This document shows positions 57,555-64,000 of a DNA stretch of 64,000 bases, piece after piece. Position 1 is the first letter of the stretch; the number at the start of each line of letters is the position of its first letter. The notes beneath the pieces are model-generated. The model was not told the DNA's origin and ran no database searches. It saw only the letters and a program-made list of their open reading frames with translations. This DNA is from an uncultured Candidatus Saccharibacteria bacterium (GTDB lineage: Bacteria; Patescibacteriota; Minisyncoccia; Phycocordibacterales; PALSA-1337). The stretch covers positions 32,405 to 96,404 of the forward strand of contig CAZYBH010000001.1 of the NCBI GenBank assembly GCA_964645315.1, written 5' to 3'. The translations under genes were made by a program, and so were the position numbers.

Positions 57555-57935
57555 TTAGATTTTGAATTCTTGTCTAAGTTTCACTTCTTCATTCTCCATT
57601 TTACTACCATGGTCGTATCCTTTCAAATGGATAAGTCCGTGGATAAATAAGAAAGCAATGAAATTTTCGAAATTCCTATCAAATTTTTTTGATTCTTTAT
57701 GAGCTTCTTCTAGGCAGATGTAAATTTCACCTTCATTTTCGGAAAGTGGGAAACTCAAGATGTCGGTAGGTTGATTTTTATTTCTATAAATAAGATTTAA
57801 CTTTTTAATCTTCTCCGGTTCAGTGAAAATAAGATTCAGATTGTAATCTTTGCCCAAAGCAGACTCCTTCATCTCTTTGTAAGGATGATCAGGTATCTTG
57901 TCTTGTTTTTCTTGGTGAATAGAAAATGTATTCAT
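57555..57935 (-). CDS. ybeY: rRNA maturation endoribonuclease YbeY
   Basis: FLFIHGLIHLKGYDH = YbeY H..H.....H zinc motif. Confidence 0.8.
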   Translation of the reverse strand: MNTFSIHQEKQDKIPDHPYKEMKESALGKDYNLNLIFTEPEKIKKLNLIYRNKNQPTDILSFPLSENEGEIYICLEEAHKESKKFDRNFENFIAFLFIHGLIHLKGYDHGSKMENEEVKLRQEFKI

Positions 57936-57965
57936 ACAAATAAATAAGTGGCTCGGCCACTTAGT

Positions 57966-58211
57966 TTATTTCTTCTTCCTATCGCCTTTTGCTGGAGCTT
58001 TGCCTAGTTTGACTAGCTGTGCCATAGCTTGGCGTCTTTCGAGAAGGGTAAGTGCTCTCTGCTTGACCTTGTACTTTGATTGTACGCGAGTCTGAGATCT
58101 CAAGCTTCGAACACGAGGAATTATGCCAGAATTCTGGACTTTTCTTGTAAAACGGCGGATAACACCCAATGTATTTTCCCCAGGATTTCTTGTTACTTCT
58201 ACATTAATCAT
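57966..58211 (-). CDS. rpsU: probable 30S ribosomal protein S21
   Basis: Small basic protein. VEVTRNPGENTLGVIRRFTRKV resembles the S21 VxV..NE..ExALRRFKR motif. C-terminal K/R tail. Confidence 0.5.
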   Translation of the reverse strand: MINVEVTRNPGENTLGVIRRFTRKVQNSGIIPRVRSLRSQTRVQSKYKVKQRALTLLERRQAMAQLVKLGKAPAKGDRKKK

Positions 58212-58273
58212 TGGTAAAGAATAGCATAACTATTGATTATGTGCAAACCAAAAGATCTGAAGAGACCCGTTTC

Positions 58274-59488
58274 CTATTTATACAAATCTGCCTCAATCTT
58301 TTTCATGAACTTGGGTAGATCGGCAAGAGGGACAATATCTTGAGAATGTCTTTCGTTTTCGCGAACGATAGCGGTTTTGTCTACAGCCTCTTTTTTGCCC
58401 ATGACGATGACATAAGGAGTGTGATATCGCTCGACTGAAGAGACTTGAGCACCGAGACGATCTTTTGCCAATGAGACATAAAGAGGAATCTTGACCTTTC
58501 GTAGACTTTCGATAAGGTGCAAAGAGAGTAATTTTGATTCGATACCAAGTTGGATAAATGATGCTACTGGTCTTTTGACTTTTGTAACAGGTTTTCGATT
58601 GTCACTTTTGCTTGATTTCAAAAATAGAGAAATGCCCACACCAGGAACGTCTTTTTTGAGGGAGAGCTTCTTGCCTAATCCAGCGTATCTCATACCGACT
58701 GCCAATACTTTGCGATCTTTGCTACCTTTTTCGGCAGAGACTATCGTAAATATTGTTTCGGTAGAATATTTTTTGTTGCCGACTAGATTGTTGTTTATGG
58801 CATAAGAGATACCTAGTGCCTCTAAATATTCCAAAGTCTCTTCGAGATGTCTTCGGCTATTTTCGGAAAGGAAATCCATGGCTTTTGGAGCTTTGCTATT
58901 TAGGGCCAGACAAGATTTGTCTTCACATGCTAGTAATTCGAAAGGATCTTTTTTGAAAAGTTCACGGCAATCTGCACTCATTTCATTTATATTTTTGCGA
59001 TAATAGGCAGTCAATTCTCTTGTGAATCTTGTTAGAGATTCTTTGTCTCCGATTGAATTGATCTCAACGGAAGTATTGTCGAAACCTTCTTCTTGGAGCA
59101 TAACTCTCGCTGTCTGAATAAGGGTCGCTTCGGCTATAGGTCCTGATGAGCCGAGGATTTGGAGTTCGGCATAGCGATTGTTTTTGCTACCTTTGCATGG
59201 ATCTTTGAAATAAAACATCAAAGGCTGTGGCTGGCTTTGGAGATTTTCTTCATCGTAAGCACGCAATAGGGCAATCTTCTCCTCTACATGAAGGTCGATG
59301 GTTTTTTGGCTTTCGGTGCCATCATAGACATAGTCACCATCGGCAAATTCTTTTGCTAGATCGAGGTCTGATTTGGAAATGGACGGACTTTTCTTTGGAA
59401 TGAAACCGTAATAGACAGAAATCTCACCAATCTTGTCCAAATTGTCATAGTTAACAAACTTTGAAATTGTCTCTTTCTTTTTTTTCAT
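58274..59488 (-). CDS. class II aminoacyl-tRNA-synthetase-like protein, HisS/HisZ-family paralog (motif 2 degenerate)
   Basis: C-terminal HGTP-anticodon-like domain (KIPLYVSLAKDR..PYVIVMGKKE). Degenerate RYAELQILG in place of the catalytic motif 2. A canonical hisS exists at 42268. Confidence 0.4.
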   Translation of the reverse strand: MKKKKETISKFVNYDNLDKIGEISVYYGFIPKKSPSISKSDLDLAKEFADGDYVYDGTESQKTIDLHVEEKIALLRAYDEENLQSQPQPLMFYFKDPCKGSKNNRYAELQILGSSGPIAEATLIQTARVMLQEEGFDNTSVEINSIGDKESLTRFTRELTAYYRKNINEMSADCRELFKKDPFELLACEDKSCLALNSKAPKAMDFLSENSRRHLEETLEYLEALGISYAINNNLVGNKKYSTETIFTIVSAEKGSKDRKVLAVGMRYAGLGKKLSLKKDVPGVGISLFLKSSKSDNRKPVTKVKRPVASFIQLGIESKLLSLHLIESLRKVKIPLYVSLAKDRLGAQVSSVERYHTPYVIVMGKKEAVDKTAIVRENERHSQDIVPLADLPKFMKKIEADLYK

Positions 59489-60070
59489 TTAATTTTGATT
59501 ATACTGGCCAGGATATGTGGTAATTTTGTTTAGTGGAAATAATCTGATCGCTGGTCTGCCTATGATAAGATCTCTATCCAGAGGTCCCCAAGCTCGTGAA
59601 TCGGAACTTTCTGCTCTATTGTCTCCCATTACGAAATACTGTTTATTGTTGAGACTATATTCTGCATTGTTGAATGATTTGTGAATGCTTGCAATATAAG
59701 GTTCTTGAATCTCTTTTGTTGTAGAGCTATTGGTTATCTTTACGACGCCATTTTCGAGAGTGACAGTCTCACTAGGTAATCCGACTATCCTTTTGATGAA
59801 ATATTCTGAATGATCGTTTGGATTGACAAGGACTATGACATCGCCTCTTCTGGGCTCGTGGAATCTATAACTCAAGCGATCGATAATGAGGAATTGTCCA
59901 GTCTTGAATGTAGGGTCCATAGAAGTGCCGACAACAATGAAAGGTTCAAAAATAAAATATCGTACGATTGTAGCGATAATTATTGCTATAACAATGACCT
60001 TTATCCATTCCCATGCTTCATACAAAACTGGAGCCTTAAATCTAGGTATTTTGGTGTTATTGGGCTCCAT
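59489..60070 (-). CDS. lepB: signal peptidase I (LepB, S26 family)
   Basis: Catalytic GTSMDPTF (Ser), RGDVIV, GDNRAESSDSR boxes. N-terminal TM. Confidence 0.9.
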   Translation of the reverse strand: MEPNNTKIPRFKAPVLYEAWEWIKVIVIAIIIATIVRYFIFEPFIVVGTSMDPTFKTGQFLIIDRLSYRFHEPRRGDVIVLVNPNDHSEYFIKRIVGLPSETVTLENGVVKITNSSTTKEIQEPYIASIHKSFNNAEYSLNNKQYFVMGDNRAESSDSRAWGPLDRDLIIGRPAIRLFPLNKITTYPGQYNQN

Positions 60071-60145
60071 ATGGCACTAATAATAGCACAAAAAACCGAT
60101 ATATACAAATTAGATTTTATTTGATATTTCAAGTATACTTTTTGC

Positions 60146-60733
60146 ATGTCATACATAATTGCAGGTCTAGGAAATCCAGGTGAGGAATATATTGATACAA
60201 GACACAATACCGGTCGGATCGTTTTGGATTATTTGGCAAAGGAACATGAAGCTCAATTCCAATTTGATAAGAAGTCTGAAGCACAAGTTGCAAGTACAAA
60301 AATCGCCAAGGAAAAAGTTATTCTTCTCAAACCAGAGACCTTTATGAATAATTCTGGTAAGTCTATTTCTTATTTTGTCAAAAATCCAAAGCAAGCCGAA
60401 AAATTGATCGTTATTTACGATGATTTTAGTCTACCTTTGGGGAAGATACGCATTTCATTCAACAGAAGCTCTGGTGGACACAATGGTGTCGAATCAATAA
60501 TCAAGGCGGTCAAGACTGAGGCTTTTGTTCGGATCAGGATTGGCACAGCAAAAGAGAATGCAAAAGGTCATGCCAAGCTCATAAATGGCGAAGATAAGAT
60601 AGAAAAATTCATTTTGGGTAAGTTCAAAGATGATGAAATAAAAGAGCTCAAAAAAGTATCCAAGATAGTCTTGGAAGCTGTAGAAGTTTTGATCAAAGAG
60701 AGCAGGGAAAAGGCTATGAGTCTATTCAATTAA
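60146..60733 (+). CDS. pth: peptidyl-tRNA hydrolase
   Basis: IAGLGNPGEEYIDTRHNTG, IVIYDDFSLPLGKIR, GGHNGVESI. Confidence 0.9.
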   Translation: MSYIIAGLGNPGEEYIDTRHNTGRIVLDYLAKEHEAQFQFDKKSEAQVASTKIAKEKVILLKPETFMNNSGKSISYFVKNPKQAEKLIVIYDDFSLPLGKIRISFNRSSGGHNGVESIIKAVKTEAFVRIRIGTAKENAKGHAKLINGEDKIEKFILGKFKDDEIKELKKVSKIVLEAVEVLIKESREKAMSLFN

Positions 60734-60772
60734 AACAAAAATCACCCGATGGGTGATTTTTGTTTTATTCTA

Positions 60773-62017
60773 TTACTTCTTCTCGCCGATGAATGTCAAT
60801 GCCATCTTTTGTTCCTTTGGATCAAATAGGGAAATCTTGAAATTGTAAACCTTACCCAATTCTAGATTCTTGCGTAGTTTCTCTTCCGAACCAAATTCTG
60901 AAACATGGACAAGTCCTGCTACACCTTCTTCGATCGAAGCTAGGGCGCCATGCTTATTGAACTTGATGATAACACCTGAGACCGTCATGTCTTTTTGATA
61001 CTTCTTGCTTGCTTCGGTCCAAGGATTGGTCTTCAATTGCTTCAATGATAGAGAAATCTTGCCGTCTTTGATCTCGATAATCTTTGCCTTGATGCTTTGA
61101 CCGACTTTGACAAAGTTTCTTGGATCATCGACTAGACCCCAATCAATTTCGGAGATATGGATAAGACCTTCCAAACCTTCTTCTAATTTTACGAAGACAC
61201 CGAAGTCTACAATGCCAGTAATAGTACCGCTTACAGTATTGCCGACCTCATACTTGCTAACGATCTTTTCTTTTTCTTTTGATTCCGAACCCTTCTCGGA
61301 GAAGATCAATTTGCCCTCCTTAGGATCGGCGGTGATAATGGAGACTTGTAGTCTTGTGCCGACGAGTTTCTTCAATTCTTCCAAAATCTTGTCTTTATCA
61401 CCATCGGAAATGCGAGGATAGTGATCGGTCTTGAGTTGGGAAGCTGGTAGGAATCCCAATATACCTTGCCATTCGATAAGAAGACCACCCTTGTTTGCTT
61501 CTTTGACTGGTAGGTCTAGGACTTTCTTTTCTTTGATAGCGATCTCAGCTTCATTCCAAATAAGAGCTTGTCTTGCTTCCTTGAGAGAAAGTTCTAGATA
61601 GCCTTCTTTGTGAGAATTGTCGACAATCTTTGCGGCGATGACATCACCAACATTGATCTTCTTTATTACATCGCGGGCGATGATAAATTCACGACCATAA
61701 ATTATACCGGTACCAAATGGTGCTAGATCGACATAGACTGATGACTTCTCAATGGCTATCACTGGACCCTCTACCAAATCTCCAATGATTGGAGGATTCT
61801 TAAGGTTGACAGATAATTTGCCCATAAAAGATGCCTTTTGAGCATCGGTAAGCTCCATTTCATCTTTTGCTACAACTTTGTCTGATTTTTTGTCAGATTT
61901 CTTGGTTGTTTTGGTCTTTTTTTCTTCTGTTTGGACCTCTTCCTTTGTCTCGCTCTTGTTTTCTGTAATTTCTTCTTGCTTTACACCAGTAAGTGTTTCT
62001 TTTAGTTTTTTGAACAT
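60773..62017 (-). CDS. rpsA: 30S ribosomal protein S1 (four S1 domains) with K/E-rich N-terminal region
   Basis: Repeated S1 OB-fold motifs (GxV.G.V..I..FG.FV.L..G..GL.H.SE.). Start trimmed to MFKKLKE. Confidence 0.8.
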   Translation of the reverse strand: MFKKLKETLTGVKQEEITENKSETKEEVQTEEKKTKTTKKSDKKSDKVVAKDEMELTDAQKASFMGKLSVNLKNPPIIGDLVEGPVIAIEKSSVYVDLAPFGTGIIYGREFIIARDVIKKINVGDVIAAKIVDNSHKEGYLELSLKEARQALIWNEAEIAIKEKKVLDLPVKEANKGGLLIEWQGILGFLPASQLKTDHYPRISDGDKDKILEELKKLVGTRLQVSIITADPKEGKLIFSEKGSESKEKEKIVSKYEVGNTVSGTITGIVDFGVFVKLEEGLEGLIHISEIDWGLVDDPRNFVKVGQSIKAKIIEIKDGKISLSLKQLKTNPWTEASKKYQKDMTVSGVIIKFNKHGALASIEEGVAGLVHVSEFGSEEKLRKNLELGKVYNFKISLFDPKEQKMALTFIGEKK

Positions 62018-62179
62018 AATATTTCTTCTTCCGCTTTTTAAACTAATAATATTAATTGCGGGGTTATGAAGATCTTTAATGGCATTTTTCAAACCTTTGC
62101 CGTATGGCGAATTTAGCATAAAAGTCTAGGGTTGTCGAGGTTGACTGTGATTTTTCGTATTGCTACAATTTATCGTGAA

Positions 62180-62229
62180 GAAGACTTCGGCCGCAGATCC
62201 AATGGACTGCAATTTGGCGGAGGTTTTTT
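62180..62229. repeat. perfect 50-bp direct repeat, copy 1 (gaagacttcggccgcagatccaatggactgcaatttggcggaggtttttt)
   Basis: Identical to 63178-63227. Contains near-palindrome gcagatccaatggactgc and a T-run. Confidence 0.9.
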
Positions 62230-62234
62230 TCTTT

Positions 62235-62639
62235 TTATTTTGGAAAAACTGATATCAAAAATTTCTGATTTTTTCTATTGGTTTTTATTTGAACAAAGAA
62301 AATATTATTATTTAATGTAGTACCGGAAAACCTATATAACTTTTCATTAGATTCTTTTGAGTGAGTATTTATATTGGGGTAGGACTTTGAGTTTCTAATT
62401 AAATCCAAGCAACATAAGTAGTATTTTAATCTTCTGGTTCTATCTTTGAATGATTTTGATCTAATGTGGTCCCAGAAATAATCAAGAAATACTTTTTCAT
62501 TATTAAAATATTTTGATCGTACATAGGGTCTTCTTTTGGATTTAGATTTAATTTTATTGTATATCATAATAGCTTTACGATACACGTCTTTATATGATGT
62601 ACCCCTTAATATTATTTCTCTTGTTACATAAGGTTCCAT
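62235..62639 (-). CDS. hypothetical basic protein (134 aa) lying between the 50-bp direct repeats
   Basis: ORF only. K/R/Y-rich with no confident family. AT-rich like the host. Confidence 0.4.
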   Translation of the reverse strand: MEPYVTREIILRGTSYKDVYRKAIMIYNKIKSKSKRRPYVRSKYFNNEKVFLDYFWDHIRSKSFKDRTRRLKYYLCCLDLIRNSKSYPNINTHSKESNEKLYRFSGTTLNNNIFFVQIKTNRKNQKFLISVFPK

Positions 62640-62981
62640 GTATTTTCAATATAACAAAGTGAGGTGAAGAAATTATGAAAATTTGATGAAGAAAGGATAA
62701 ATTTTTAAAAATAATTGGTAGGATTGTCGAGGTTGATGATCTATAAGAATTTTGTTATATTTGTATCAATATAAACTTGTGGCCATTGGTTTGCACACTA
62801 AGTTGGTCATTACGGCATTGAAGCTGTTGACAAGACTATGACAAGCTCCTTAATTGGAGCTTGTGTGCTTTTTATTGGCAGGAGATGTACCCATCTATTT
62901 CATGGGGTAAATCACATGCCCAACAAAAAATCGCAACTGTGAGGTTGCGACTGCGGGTTCGGGCTCCGCTACCGAGGAGAC

Positions 62982-63083
62982 CTACTTTCCGAAGGTCTCC
63001 CGAAGGCCGTAGGCGATGAGCGCCAGTACGGCCGCCACCACGATGGTGGCACCGACGGCCTTCGCAGAGACCGCGAAGGCCAT
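62982..63083 (-). CDS. GC-rich micro-ORF encoding a 33-aa hydrophobic peptide MAFAVSAKAVGATIVVAAVLALIAYGLRETFGK (speculative)
   Basis: Read from the reverse complement of a strongly GC-rich islet (62930-63090). Single TM-like helix. No clear SD. Not in the ORF track. Confidence 0.25.
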   Translation of the reverse strand: MAFAVSAKAVGATIVVAAVLALIAYGLRETFGK

Positions 63084-63177
63084 AAATGAAAGGATCATAC
63101 AATACTATTATACACCAAATAGTATAATTGTCAAGATGGTGATGGTGATTACTCATTTTGCTAAAATTTATAATAAT

Positions 63178-63227
63178 GAAGACTTCGGCCGCAGATCCAA
63201 TGGACTGCAATTTGGCGGAGGTTTTTT
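63178..63227. repeat. perfect 50-bp direct repeat, copy 2
   Basis: See 62180-62229. Confidence 0.9.
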
Positions 63228-63252
63228 ATATTAATTATGATAAAATTCGAGC

Positions 63253-63453
63253 ATGACAATAAAGAATCAATTTACTGCCGTATATAAGAAAACCAAGGAA
63301 TGGTTTGTTGCTTGGGTAGAAGAGATTCCAGGGATTAATACTCAAGGCAAAACTATAACTGAGGCTAGAGAAAATCTCAAAAAAGCAATTTTTTTGATTT
63401 TGGAAACAAATCGCAAATCTGCTCGCAAAAATGTTCGATCATTCAGAGGTTGA
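63253..63453 (+). CDS. hicB: HicB-family antitoxin (UPF0150), apparently orphan
   Basis: FTAVYKKTKEWFVAWVEEIPGINTQGKTITEARENLKKAI matches the HicB N-terminal RNase-H-like domain. No hicA ORF recognised nearby. Confidence 0.6.
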   Translation: MTIKNQFTAVYKKTKEWFVAWVEEIPGINTQGKTITEARENLKKAIFLILETNRKSARKNVRSFRG

Positions 63454-63606
63454 TGATTATTTAGCAAAAAAGATTTGTAAAGATCTAGGTGTACCGAAAT
63501 ATTGAAACATTGAGGTTGAACCATAGTGTTCAATCACCATTTTGCTTACCTTGATAAACAGAAACCCCACCGCCGGCGAACCGGGGGTGGGGTGCGAAAT
63601 CATGTG

Positions 63607-64000
63607 CTAGCTAGCTTGCTTTGCTCGGGCGAGGCGAAAGGCCACCTCCATGGAATGTTGGTGACTGAGGATTGGATTGAACCCGACGCACGCCTCAAGA
63701 TATTGAGACATTTTCCTCTTGGCAACCTTTCTCTGCCAGATTGCCATTCTGGCTGTTTTTTTGCTGTTCGTTGTTAAAGAGCCAACGGTTTTACCTTTAG
63801 ATATCAGTTTCGAAAACTGACCCACGGTCCCAACAAGGTCTTCGCAGACGAGAATCATTCTCGCCTCACGAACAGCCGGTCCGACGATTTTTTTGACGTC
63901 GACAGCTATATGGTCTCGAACAGACAGCAGCTCTATTGTCCCAGCATTCCAGACTACTTGGAACGCTGAAACAACCTTGATCAGAGTGCGTGTGTTGAAC
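63607..64000 (-). CDS. 3' part of a GC-rich ORF that continues beyond the window end (unknown function)
   Basis: Open frame continues upstream of the ORF-track Met to the window edge (..VRDHIAVDVKKIVGPAVREARMILVCEDLVG..). A GC hairpin plus T-run terminator lies downstream at ~63565-63600 (minus strand). Confidence 0.35.
   Translation of the reverse strand, partial: FNTRTLIKVVSAFQVVWNAGTIELLSVRDHIAVDVKKIVGPAVREARMILVCEDLVGTVGQFSKLISKGKTVGSLTTNSKKTARMAIWQRKVAKRKMSQYLEACVGFNPILSHQHSMEVAFRLARAKQAS

Noticed and set aside
62132-62320. 62-aa and 72-aa plus-strand ORFs (62132..62320 and 63016..63234) sharing ..EDFGRRSNGLQFGGGF..
   Set aside because: The shared peptide is just the translation of the 50-bp direct repeat. 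No RBS. The flanks are non-coding.
63454-63510. Possible hicA partner or frameshifted C-terminal extension of hicB (..DDYLAKKICKDLGVPKY*)
   Set aside because: Only ~18 codons open, with no start codon or RBS. Could be a relic, but insufficient evidence to call a gene or pseudogene.

Overview
This is an AT-rich bacterial chromosomal segment with very short intergenic spacers, strong Shine-Dalgarno use, many small secreted or membrane proteins, and multiple class-III (prepilin) signal-peptide proteins. That picture is compatible with a reduced genome such as a Patescibacteria/CPR-like organism, but the assignment is an inference from composition only.

Recognised housekeeping genes:
- tgt, a PfkB sugar kinase, class II aldolase and ribosomal protein L25
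- RNase J, a family-5 ABC substrate-binding protein and secG
- groES-groEL, then a LemA/TPM pair
- rpsP, a KH-domain protein and trmD
- rpoB-rpoC, dnaG-rpoD, hisS and typA
- trxB, ftsA-ftsZ, ybeY, rpsU, lepB, pth and rpsA

Accessory content:
- A cluster of three tandem type-IV-pilin-like genes (3.6-6.7 kb), followed by a coiled-coil lytic-transglycosylase-like protein.
- A separate GspE/GspF-type secretion/pilus operon (47.8-51.9 kb) with additional pseudopilin-like small proteins.
- Two type II toxin-antitoxin elements (Phd-like/MazF and an orphan HicB).
- A UvrD-helicase/PD-(D/E)XK-nuclease fusion.
- A membrane bPH + AlbA_2 (Schlafen-like) protein.

The most unusual signals are non-coding.
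- A PEP-utilising / rifampin-phosphotransferase-like gene sits immediately after rpoBC and is flanked by ~125-bp direct repeats; the left copy overlaps the last codons of rpoC and the right copy repeats them.
- Two GC-rich, terminator-ended structured RNA candidates are each driven by the same ~80-bp promoter module (a palindrome plus TTGACA-N16-TATACT). One of them is bracketed by perfect 52-bp direct repeats.
- A tRNA-Ser(GGA) carries a 19-bp duplication of its 3' end and lies next to a GC-rich island of small ORFs. Several other GC-rich islets share short sequence motifs with it.
- A symmetric iteron-like repeat array sits between two convergent genes.
- A pair of perfect 50-bp direct repeats brackets an unknown ORF and a GC-rich micro-ORF.
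- Recurrent palindromic intergenic motifs occur at several sites.

No CRISPR array, rRNA or recognisable transposase or integrase was seen.
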